Part shown: positions 11,215 through 20,552 of the stretch, one piece after another
How positions within the stretch are numbered: position 1 is the stretch's first letter
How the letters are laid out: every line of letters begins with the position of its first letter
NCBI GenBank assembly: GCA_964019335.1
Contig: OZ025686.1
Location: 62,001 to 126,000 of the forward strand
Reading direction: 5' to 3'
Length of the DNA: 64,000 nucleotides
Source: Diplonema japonicum
Lineage: Eukaryota; Protista; Euglenozoa: Diplonemea
Notes under the pieces: generated by a model
The model's database searches: none
What the model saw: the letters and a program-made list of their open reading frames with translations, nothing else
Told to the model about the DNA's origin: nothing
Made by a program: the position numbers and the translations under genes

Positions 11215-11393
11215 TATTGGCTAGTCTGTGTGGTTTCTTTTGTATAAGAACAGAGGTAAAATAAAATAAATAAAAAAGAATACGAATAAACACATAAAAT
11301 AACAGACAGTACACGGCAAGCGAGGGCTCGCGTGGCGTGTGTAAGGGGGGGGGGGGGGGAACAGAACAGATTTCTTTTTCTTTTTGTGTTGTG

Positions 11394-12173
11394 CTACTTG
11401 AGCTGCAGCGCCATTCTCTTTTGGTACCCCGCCGCACCTTCGAGAATATCCTCCCACGGTTCCGGGAAGGCACGGTTGCGAAGAATTTCGTTGTAAGTAG
11501 TGGTAGAGTCGGTCCTGGGGATATCCAGGGATGCGGAAGGATTTGGGCGAAGAAAGAATGCAACAGAAATACGCGGTTTTGACGATATGACCTTGTGGCT
11601 GGCGGGGGGTTCGGAAACACCGTTAGAAAGACAATAGAGAAACCTACCTGAGAAGGCGGTAATCACACGGGGGGGGTTGGGCTCCCAAGCTTGGGTCTGG
11701 CTGTTCCACAAGAGAAGCCCTGAGCAAGAGTCACAGATTAGTGTAACTAGCGTCGTGTCGGTGTGAGCACCGCACGTGGACCCTTGAGCTGTGTATTTGT
11801 TGATACGGAGGGAAGAGGCCTCGTATCCGTACTTCGAAAGTTCTGAACCCCCCTTCACGCTGCATAGCACCTCAATTGCTTTGTTAGCAAGGGTGACGTA
11901 CGCTCTCCGCATCTGTGCATCGCCCTCATTCCTGGCGAACACAACCACCTCTCTGCCGGGTCCTTCGTGGTTTTCGTACCCCGGTTGCTTTTCCTTTGCA
12001 TTCAGTTTCTGCGCGAAGAACGCCAGTCCCCAACCCATCACATACTCGAACGTATCAAGCAAGTCATCTCCCACTACAACATTCGGTGTTTCCCCTCCAA
12101 ACCACGCAACGTGCTTTGTGCTAGTAATAGTCACCGGGCACACAGCGGTCGACCTGCTTACACATGCCCCCAT
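11394..12173 (-). CDS. 2-oxoglutarate/Fe(II)-dependent oxygenase (IPNS-like)
   Basis: LRINKY, AHTD (HxD), distal SHKV, RISVAFFLRP (RxS). N-terminus MGACVS. Confidence 0.88.
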   Translation of the reverse strand: MGACVSRSTAVCPVTITSTKHVAWFGGETPNVVVGDDLLDTFEYVMGWGLAFFAQKLNAKEKQPGYENHEGPGREVVVFARNEGDAQMRRAYVTLANKAIEVLCSVKGGSELSKYGYEASSLRINKYTAQGSTCGAHTDTTLVTLICDSCSGLLLWNSQTQAWEPNPPRVITAFSGRFLYCLSNGVSEPPASHKVISSKPRISVAFFLRPNPSASLDIPRTDSTTTYNEILRNRAFPEPWEDILEGAAGYQKRMALQLK

Positions 12174-12302
12174 CCTGTAGGAGATGGACTACCTGCTCCA
12201 CTGTGGCAAGAAACGAAAAGTAGCTTACCTATGATGCTCCCTCCTGTGCTCGTTCCCTGCTATGCAGCGGGAAGAAAAAAAAAGACACCTTTGGAAAAAG
12301 GC

Positions 12303-13469
12303 TTAGGGCTTCAATAGGATATATCTTTTAAAGGAGTTACCTTTATATTGAGGGCACAGGGGTATCCTTCCTGAAAGCTGCTGGCTGATTATGCTCTGTA
12401 TCTGCACCTCCAGGGAGTGCGACTTTGTAAGCAGCGTGGGGTTGGCTATCAGTGGCGAGGGCTTCCCAACGTTCACAAGGAGGTCGGATGCTATGTCTAG
12501 CAGCTCATGCCGTCGGTTTGCGATGTCCAGGACGCTGTCCCTCTTCTGCTCCTGTCGCATGGAGCACCAGTCGAGCATCAGCAATCGCACATCAACATCT
12601 TTTCCTTCTTTCTCAAGCTTTTCTATAGACTGCGCCACCACCTTTCTATGGACAGGTGAAGACACATTCATTGGCTGCAAAGGCTTCGGTTCACGAGGCA
12701 CGGACGGCAGCAGCGGAGTGGGGGAAGATGCTGGGAAAGCACACTGCGCTATCTCTTGGGGGGCAAGGTCAGGGCTCAAAGGAATAGAATCAGGTTCTGA
12801 TGTTGCCACGACGCTTTCAGACTGATTCAAATCCATATCTGTATCAATCGTGTCTTCTTCTTGATCTGTTTCCTCACCAGCCGAGTCGTTGGTTTGAAGT
12901 GAAATGCCTGCGCTGGGCAGTCTGAGGACCACTCCAGACGGGAGAGTTTTGCTAGAAGCGTTCTGCAGCATTTCACTGATACGGGCAGAGACACTTAAGT
13001 TGCTGTCTGCGAGCAGTCGTTTCTTGTACGTAGGCCATGTGATGTGGCGCTTCGCAGTGTGCATTCTTTTCACGCGTACATTTGTGACAGGCGTCGCCAG
13101 GCGTCTTAGGTACGGGCTTGTGTCTGTTCCATCATCGGATTGCAAGGAGTACGTGAGAGGCTTGCTGTATGCATCATTCACAATGACTCTCACAGCAACA
13201 GCCCCCGCCAGGCACACTGACACACCGCCGAACCTTTTCTCCCAAAGCTTGGTTTGCGGTGTTTTGTAATTCAGGCTTTTGTTTTTCACCTTCTTCCGTG
13301 GCTTCTTTGTCACCTGGCTCGCTATTGATTGACGCCGTGATCCGGATGATTTTCTGCTTTTCTTCTGCGCGTTGTCGTCATCGGCCCAGTCCTTGAAGGG
13401 CACCTGCTTCAGTGCCGCCAAGCGGATCAATGCCTTCAACCCATCAATCGGTATCTTGCGTTCAGGCAT
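12303..13469 (-). CDS. Hypothetical protein; may extend upstream to ATG 13829 via small exons
   Basis: 388-aa ORF with no recognised domain. An in-frame splice model ..FMGGS|NFLLTM|IPIDG.. is possible but unproven. Confidence 0.7.
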   Translation of the reverse strand: MPERKIPIDGLKALIRLAALKQVPFKDWADDDNAQKKSRKSSGSRRQSIASQVTKKPRKKVKNKSLNYKTPQTKLWEKRFGGVSVCLAGAVAVRVIVNDAYSKPLTYSLQSDDGTDTSPYLRRLATPVTNVRVKRMHTAKRHITWPTYKKRLLADSNLSVSARISEMLQNASSKTLPSGVVLRLPSAGISLQTNDSAGEETDQEEDTIDTDMDLNQSESVVATSEPDSIPLSPDLAPQEIAQCAFPASSPTPLLPSVPREPKPLQPMNVSSPVHRKVVAQSIEKLEKEGKDVDVRLLMLDWCSMRQEQKRDSVLDIANRRHELLDIASDLLVNVGKPSPLIANPTLLTKSHSLEVQIQSIISQQLSGRIPLCPQYKGNSFKRYILLKP

Positions 13470-15282
13470 TAAATATACTCACGCACCATTGTTAATAAAA
13501 AATTCTGTAGGTATTGCATACTGTGATACGTGTGCTTAGAACACTAGAACATGACAACATCGTGACAACATGCACGGACGGACTCGGTGTTCCGATGGAC
13601 AGCACACCGAGCCACCCATGAAAAACAGACTTTTTTTTGCTGAATTTTCTTTTTTCTGGGCCACCTGGCTGGCGTCCTCCCGACCGAGGTAAGCGGAACC
13701 ATGCTGAGCAATCTTCTCAAGAAGGATGTCGATGGCCAGTTGGACTCCCCGGCGTCTGCGTGTGCAGAGCTGAGTCCCTTCTCCGACAGTGTGGCAAGTA
13801 TATGCTTCTCTTTTGGGACATTGTTCCATCCTTGTGGAGTGGTGTGTCACAAGGCGTAGGAAATAGGAGTAAGAAGAAGAGGAAAGAGGGCTGGCAGGGT
13901 CTCGAAGGAAAAAGAGAGAAAATAGAAAAGGTGGGTGGGAAGGGGCGGAAGGGGTGTGTGGAAGAATGAGAGGCGGGGGGGGGGGGGGGGGGGGGGGACG
14001 GTCTTTTCCTTGGCGAGTTCTCCCCATTACCTCCGTCACTAACAGAGAAACGGGACACCCTTGCAAAGAAAAAAAAAACGAACACCGGCAGGATGGAGGG
14101 GGGAAAGTAGAGTTGGAGTCGGGTGGAGCAGAAATGAGAGAGAAAGTTGTTCCTTTCTTCTTCTTCACTTCGATGATCGATTTCTTCATTTCTTCGTTTC
14201 CATTTTCAGTCTGCTAACTTAGCCCCAAGTTTTCGAAAGGCTCAAAAGTCCGTCCTTAGTTTTTTTTTTTTTAATGGGGGGATGCGCTCCAAGCCACCCC
14301 ACTCCCCTTGTTTCATTAATGCTCGAGGCCGTGCACTTGTATCGTTCCTTTATGATAGACAACTTGATTTAAATTTTTTTTAAATTAATTTCCGAAACAG
14401 GGTTCAGATCTGAGCATTTTGAAAAACCAAGGGGGGGTCTATATTACATTCAGCATTTAAGAAACTAAGGAAACCCTTAAGCACGAAAAAAAAAAAAAAA
14501 AAAAAAAATAGGGGTTTCCAGTTGGAGTTTTTCTTCTGATGACTTAAACTTAAGGGTCAAAAGTTAGCAAGTTAGTTTTCCTATTTTTTTTTTCTTTCTC
14601 AGAAAAATTTCCCTCCAGCTGTATAATTCCATCTCTCTTTTATTTTTTTTTTTTCTTCTTTCATTTGTCCTCTTTTCCTTTTTATCAGAATTTCCTGCCT
14701 CTTTTTTTTTGTTGTTGTTGTTGTTTTCCTAGTAACTAGTATCTTACAAGAGAAAAAAAAAAAGAAAACCAACCAGCTGTGAGGGCATTGGGGGGGAAAG
14801 GGGAAAGGTGGGGCAAAATAAAGACTTAGATCTAAAAGGGAAAAAAAAAAAGTCCCTGCCGGAGTGGGAAAAAGAAAAAAAGAGTTGAGAGCAAAAAAAA
14901 AAAAAAGAAAAAAAAAAGAAAAATTTATTTTTTGGGTTTCTTTCGAATTTAAAGAGAGAAAAAAATCTCGGAAAGTAGTTGAGAAGATAGATTGGTATAA
15001 AAAAAAAAAAAAGAACAGGGTGGGGTGGAAAAGAGATACTTTTAAAAACATCTTCTCTTCCCATAATAAAGTTTTTTTCCCCCTTTTTTTTTCTTGCTTT
15101 CATTCTTCCCTTTTTTTCTTTTCCTCTTCAGGAATACTTCTTCTTTTTTTTTACCCTGCGATTTTTCCTGCAGAGAAATAAGCGTGCGTGTGTGCCTTGT
15201 GGGTAGTAAGAAAGGAAAAAAAAAAAGAAAAAAAAACTTTTCTGAAAAAAAAAAGGGGATGGAAAGGGGAAACACTTGAAAG

Positions 15283-15320
<38 letters not shown>

Positions 15321-16149
15321 ACATTCCTTTTTATTTTTTGCGCGCCCACTTTTTCTTTTTTTTTTTTCCCTCCTGTTCCTCTCTTGCATATTTGCTTTTG
15401 TTTCTCATTTTACTTTTCTTTTTTTTTTTTTCCCTGGGGAAAAAAAAAAAAAAAAAAAAAATCATTAAAGAAAGTGCAACGGAGAAGTAGGGGAGGGGGG
15501 GCAGAGGACAATGGTTACAATTTGAGAAAATCTTTGTCAAAAAAAAAGAAATACACATCCATAGGGAACAGAAAAAAACCGGTGGAAAGAATGAATATAG
15601 AAATAAATAAAAAGGGGTGGGGTGGGGGGGGGGTGATACATAATGGTTTTATTGTTGATTTTTCTTTTTCTTTCTTTTTCGTCGCACTGTGCCTTTCTTT
15701 TCTTTAAAGAATCCCTCTTATACTCTTTTCTTTTTCCCGTTGCCTACCCCGAGTCACAACCCCCCCCCCTGTTGAAAAGAGGAAAAATCATGAAATGACG
15801 GGATCCGGTTTGAAATTTTGGATTTCTTTTTCTTAGGCACCAAAAAAAAAAAATCTTTAAAAAAAAAAAGGAAAGGGGTGAAGAGATTGGCGTACATTTT
15901 CTTTTTTTCGTTTTGTTTTTTGTAACGTTTCTAAACGTTTCTGCTTCTTTTTCTTTTCTTCTTCCTATAAAAATATTTTGAACAAAAAGGCACTTGGCGT
16001 GCACTGTAGAGATGTCATGGAACTCACCCTTCAAGGTTCATGGACTGCATGATCATAGAGGACCCAGGGGGCGAGTTTGCTGCCTGTGTTTTTTTTCTTT
16101 TTTTTTTTCTTTTTTTTTTTTTTTTCTTTTCTTTTTTTTGGTTTGAATA

Positions 16150-16517
16150 ACAGTGGACCACCCGTGCGAAGACTTTTTGTAAATGGGTAAAAAACGAAGG
16201 ACGGCCAGGCTGGAGCCCCCTGGCACCTCGAAAAGGGGGAGGTGCCAAACGGGATGCGGACAGGTCCGTCCCCCCTCTAGCTCCCGGCGGAGCTCCTCGC
16301 CCAAGAAGGGCTTTTTTTTTTGTCGTGAAGTGCGAATAAAATTCATTTAAAGAAAAGGACGGCTGACCCTAAATAATTCCTAACGGCAAGGGACAGGGCT
16401 GCAGGTCAGTGAGAAGAATGAGCAGGTGCAGAATGTCCCCTCCTGGAGAGGATCCAAGAAGAGTGGATTTTCCCGGGCAGAGCACCACGTGCTCAGCACA
16501 ATAGGCGAAAAAATCGA
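16150..16517. ncRNA. Candidate structured non-coding RNA / structured UTR island
   Basis: GC-rich stretch with a chain of hairpins (e.g. TGGCACCTC/GAGGTGCCA 16221-16247, AGCTCC/GGAGCT 16279-16294, GCCC/GGGC followed by T10). No family recognised. Confidence 0.3.
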
Positions 16518-16550
16518 CTGAAAAAAAGCACAAGGACAAAGGGGTTGGGT

Positions 16551-17936
16551 TTATCTTTCTTTTTGTTCCCCCCAGCGATGTCTGCTCCATACCACATTAG
16601 CCTGTTCCTTCATGTGTGAGAGGGTCTTCACGATGGAGTCGTAGAAGGAGAGCCTGTGGTAGGTGAGTCCATGCTTCTCACAGAGGGGGATGAGGTACTT
16701 GTCCCTGATGTGCCTGGTGTTGTGGCGGGGGAGACGGGGCCAAAGGTGGTGAACAACCTGGAACTGCAGGCCACCGTGGAACCAGTCCATCCACGGGTAG
16801 CAGTCCACGTCGAGAGAGGTGGCAAGCTGGTGGCGCACAAAATCGTCGTCCTCCGACCTGTGGATGGTCCCCTCCTTGCTGAGGAAGGCTTCCATCGAGA
16901 AGTGCGACAGAGTGATCTGCAAGTGCAGCACGCCACACACACCGTGCGACAGGAACCACCAGTACCACGCCATCCCACTGTCGTCGATCCTCATCACCAG
17001 CTCAGCCACCCACCACGCGTAGCACAGCAGGACCGAGGCCTCTACCCACCTGTTCCTCACCTCCTTCCCGCTCAACACGAACAACCAGCTCTGCAGGTAC
17101 AAGTTGTGCCTCGCCAATGCCATGATCGGCAGGTATGTAATGTGCTGGTAGCTCACGATCTTCTGCCCCACCTTGTCGTACACGAACCGTGTCTTGTGAT
17201 AGAAGCTGTAGACGGACTGCATCATCTTCGAGTCCACCATGAAGACGGGGAGGTACTGGATGTCCGGGTCCCCGTTGATGGAGTTGGTGACGATGTGGTG
17301 GCAGTTGTGGTTCCTCTTCCACCACTGTCCGGAGACACCGAAGGCGGCGATCACGATGAGGGAAGCGTAGTAGTCGAGGCCCTTCCTGTCGTGGAAGACA
17401 GCGTTGTGGCCTGCGTCGTGGCCCACGAAGGCCCACTGCTGCCAGAAGAGCCCCAGGGCAACACCAGAGATGGTCATAGTGAAGTAGGTCTGTTCCCACA
17501 TGGTGAAGGGGAGCAGAACAACAGCGAACAGCGCAGAGAACCAGACCATGAGCTTCGCGTAGTACATGACATCTGTCCTGTACAGACCCTCAGCCTCGAA
17601 GTGTGAGTCCAAGTCATGGAAGTCCTTTATCACTGCAGACGGTTCTTTTGCGTCCTTTACCTCACCCAAGTAGTACTTCTGCAAGAGGGGGAGCACCTGC
17701 TCGGGGTCGTGGTTCACTGAAAACGCGTCCGTCGAATCTGTCCCCGCACACTGCTCGAGGATCGAGTAGCCCCCAGGGTGGCTGTCGAATCCACTCACGT
17801 CGTACGCCTTCCCGCCCAGTATGATCCAGTTGTCCAAGCACTTGTTGTGCTTCCTGACTTCCGCAATTGTGTACTCCTTTTCCACACCCGCACGGGCTTC
17901 CATGCGCCTGCGGAGACCTTCTCTTGTCGTCGTCAT
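16551..17936 (-). CDS. Cytochrome b5-fused front-end desaturase, Delta8-sphingolipid desaturase-like
   Basis: HPGG; His boxes HDAGH, WWKRNHNCHH, QVVHHLWP. DPDIQYLPVF, LQITLSHF and DWFHGGLQFQ are typical of SLD/Delta6-Delta8 enzymes. Confidence 0.93.
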   Translation of the reverse strand: MTTTREGLRRRMEARAGVEKEYTIAEVRKHNKCLDNWIILGGKAYDVSGFDSHPGGYSILEQCAGTDSTDAFSVNHDPEQVLPLLQKYYLGEVKDAKEPSAVIKDFHDLDSHFEAEGLYRTDVMYYAKLMVWFSALFAVVLLPFTMWEQTYFTMTISGVALGLFWQQWAFVGHDAGHNAVFHDRKGLDYYASLIVIAAFGVSGQWWKRNHNCHHIVTNSINGDPDIQYLPVFMVDSKMMQSVYSFYHKTRFVYDKVGQKIVSYQHITYLPIMALARHNLYLQSWLFVLSGKEVRNRWVEASVLLCYAWWVAELVMRIDDSGMAWYWWFLSHGVCGVLHLQITLSHFSMEAFLSKEGTIHRSEDDDFVRHQLATSLDVDCYPWMDWFHGGLQFQVVHHLWPRLPRHNTRHIRDKYLIPLCEKHGLTYHRLSFYDSIVKTLSHMKEQANVVWSRHRWGEQKER

Positions 17937-17991
17937 ATTGATATACTGCAATGTAGGTGACGGTTGTTAACAAATTTAAAAAAAAGGAAAC

Positions 17992-20109
17992 CTATACGGC
18001 CTGCTCGATGCACGCCTGTCGGTACCACTCCGAAGTGACACGGAGCTCCTCGTGCGTGCCCTTTGCCTCCACCTGTCCCTGCTTGTTCATGACAATGATC
18101 TGCGGGTAGTGCTTGATGAAGGAGAGCCTGTGTGCCACGTTCACGATCGTGACAGGGAGGGTGTTGAGCGTGTCCTTGAGGGAGGCTTCTGTGTTGGGAT
18201 CCAGGTGCGCTGAGATCTCGTCGAGGAGGAGGATGGAAGGAGACATGAGTACTGCGCGTGCCATGAGCACCAGTGAGCACTGCCCTGTGGACAGCTCCGT
18301 CATGCTCCTGTACCGCAGCGAGTACAGGCTCTCCGCACCCACTTGCTGCAGCGCTTTAAGCACGTCGTCGTTGTCAGCTTCTTTGTTGCCTACTTTTATG
18401 TTTTCTAAGATGGTTTCCATGCGCAGCACAGCATCGGAATGTGCTGCCACGGCTACCCCACGCCGCAGGCTCCTTACTATTACGCCTTTGATGTCGGCAC
18501 CGCCCACTGTGATGCTCCCCTCTGCAGGGTCATAAAACCTCTGCAGAAGCTTAACTAGCGTGGACTTCCCACACCCATTCGGCCCTACTACTGCTATGCG
18601 GCCTTTGCACGGCACGCTGAAGGACACGTCGTGCAGCACCTTCTCGTCATCATGGTAGCCGAAGGAGACCCCATGCAACGCCAGATCCCCTCTCCCAAGC
18701 ACGTCTTGTCTTTCATTATCTTCATTGTCGATGGTTGTGAGATCCGGTAGGTCGAGAAGGCACCGTAGGCGGAGAGCAGGGAGCCACGAAGCAGCAATAA
18801 ACCCCACTGTCCCCACTGCTCGAAGGTACGACTCTGCCATCGAAGAGAATGCTGAGAACAGCTGCACAGACGAGCTCCCGCAGCCTAGCATCATCGGCGC
18901 AAAGCTGCAAAGCTTGTACAACACCTGCTCCACAGCAGCCCCTCTGCGCAGGAGGAAGACGGCGACGGCGTCGTTGTTTGTCCTGTAGACACGCTTCTGC
19001 CTGAACTCACTCTTCAGTGCGTCCATCGCCTCGTCGACCTCCTTGCCTACTGAACGGTACGTCACGAAGTCGTCGCCCAGCACGTCCCACAACTGCTTCT
19101 TGCTACCGATGTCGTCCTCCTCGCATGCCACCAGCATGCTCCCTTCCACGTAATGCCGCAGGCTTCCGATCATCAGGTTGTACACAGCTGCCGCCAGCAA
19201 CGTGACAGCCGCTGCCTTCCCTGTCATGTTCAGGGCCTGCATACCACCAACTGTTCCTGCCAGTGTCTCGAGGAGCACCTGCACCTTCTCGACTGTCATC
19301 TGAAGGTGTCTGATGTCCCGCTCCGTCTTCTCTAACATAGAAAAAGGGTTCAGTTTGCTCAGCAGCCTGAAGTCCGCCCTTACAAGGTTTTCAATCACCT
19401 TGGTTTTAAGCTTTTCAGAGGATGCCTCCGCCGCTTTTCCTACGCATTCGTCTTTCGTGTACTCCAACAAGGAACAAGCAACGGTGAGGAGACAGGACCG
19501 GGTGATGGAGTGACAGTCGAGACGGCCATGGATGGCTTCGGTCAGAACGTGCCCCTCGTTGACAATCTGGAGGGATTTGACGGCAGAGTGGGCGAGGCTG
19601 GGGAGAAAGCCATAAAGATAGTGCGGGTAGTACGTGAGGAGGAGGGGGGGGAGGGTCAGGAGGCCCGACCACTTGCACGAGTTGACGAAAACAGAGTAAG
19701 AAGCTAAATCAGGCTTGGGGATGTACTTACGGTAAGAAGGGAGTTTTGCAGTATGCGACTCAACATCTTCCAAATCCATCAAAATGTACAGCTCCTTGCT
19801 GTCGATGCCTTGCGTGATGCACTGTACCCTTTCAAGGATAAGCTGACCCACAAAAGCCTCCACCTTAGCGAGGGTTGGCCCAGACACATCATACCCCTTT
19901 GCTCGGCGTAGGATATCCTCTGCCATCGACAGTCTGTGCATTCCTCCTTCTTCTCTGGCTTGTTCTAGCAGCTCGCCGATGTTGCCTTCCAATGCTTCTT
20001 TCCTTTCTTTGTTCAGCTGATCTCTCCCCTTCCTCCATCTCCAGCAGCACCCTGTCATCACCACAGCTGTCCCCATGGCCACCGCTACAGCTTTTCTCTC
20101 ATCATTCAT
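17992..20109 (-). CDS. ABC half-transporter (ABCB-like), divergent
   Basis: Walker A GPNGCGKST, LLQRFYDP, signature LSTGQ, Walker B ILLLDE, AHRL. Hydrophobic N-terminal half. Confidence 0.9.
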   Translation of the reverse strand: MNDERKAVAVAMGTAVVMTGCCWRWRKGRDQLNKERKEALEGNIGELLEQAREEGGMHRLSMAEDILRRAKGYDVSGPTLAKVEAFVGQLILERVQCITQGIDSKELYILMDLEDVESHTAKLPSYRKYIPKPDLASYSVFVNSCKWSGLLTLPPLLLTYYPHYLYGFLPSLAHSAVKSLQIVNEGHVLTEAIHGRLDCHSITRSCLLTVACSLLEYTKDECVGKAAEASSEKLKTKVIENLVRADFRLLSKLNPFSMLEKTERDIRHLQMTVEKVQVLLETLAGTVGGMQALNMTGKAAAVTLLAAAVYNLMIGSLRHYVEGSMLVACEEDDIGSKKQLWDVLGDDFVTYRSVGKEVDEAMDALKSEFRQKRVYRTNNDAVAVFLLRRGAAVEQVLYKLCSFAPMMLGCGSSSVQLFSAFSSMAESYLRAVGTVGFIAASWLPALRLRCLLDLPDLTTIDNEDNERQDVLGRGDLALHGVSFGYHDDEKVLHDVSFSVPCKGRIAVVGPNGCGKSTLVKLLQRFYDPAEGSITVGGADIKGVIVRSLRRGVAVAAHSDAVLRMETILENIKVGNKEADNDDVLKALQQVGAESLYSLRYRSMTELSTGQCSLVLMARAVLMSPSILLLDEISAHLDPNTEASLKDTLNTLPVTIVNVAHRLSFIKHYPQIIVMNKQGQVEAKGTHEELRVTSEWYRQACIEQAV

Positions 20110-20552
20110 GTGTGAGTGGGGTGGCCCTTTTGTTTACTTTATTCTTCTTGGAAAATTGAAAAACTTTTTTACTCAGTCGTCAAAATGACAATAAGAAAAG
20201 TCTTATTTTCTTTTTTTCTTTTGTGCAAGGGAAGAAGGAAAGGTGAACGAGGAAAGAGGGGAGGGGAAATACCATATAACATATCTTATGTTTCTTTTCT
20301 TTTTTTTTTCTCGTTTTTCTTTTTAAATTCTTTTCGTTTTTCTTTTTCTTTTTTAAAGTACTTTGACTCTTGTTTTATTCTTCTCGTTTTTTCCGTTAAA
20401 AAAACGCACACGATTTCTTTTTTTCTTCTATTTCCAAAAAGGCGTTGTTGGTACATGAAGGAACCCGTGGTTGTAACCAAAGCTACGGCACACAACACAA
20501 ACGACCTCTTAGACACAAATACTCCATACTTGAAAGAGAGAAAAAACTCATA

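Noticed and set aside
14213-14568. Weak inverted similarity GCTAACTT..AAGTTT as a third MITE
   Set aside because: Short, gapped match with no TSD.
14599-15707. Poly-Lys/poly-Phe ORFs in the deserts (also 45-48 kb and 51-55 kb)
   Set aside because: By-products of stop-poor A/T homopolymers.
16518-16592. GTATGG donor near the desaturase C-terminus spliced to 16517
   Set aside because: The unspliced protein is already complete and the extension is not desaturase-like; left unresolved.
20286-20516. 76-aa ORF with a TM-like start, vaguely Pet117-like
   Set aside because: It starts at GTG, an out-of-frame ATG follows the acceptor, and the C-terminal half is A-tract.
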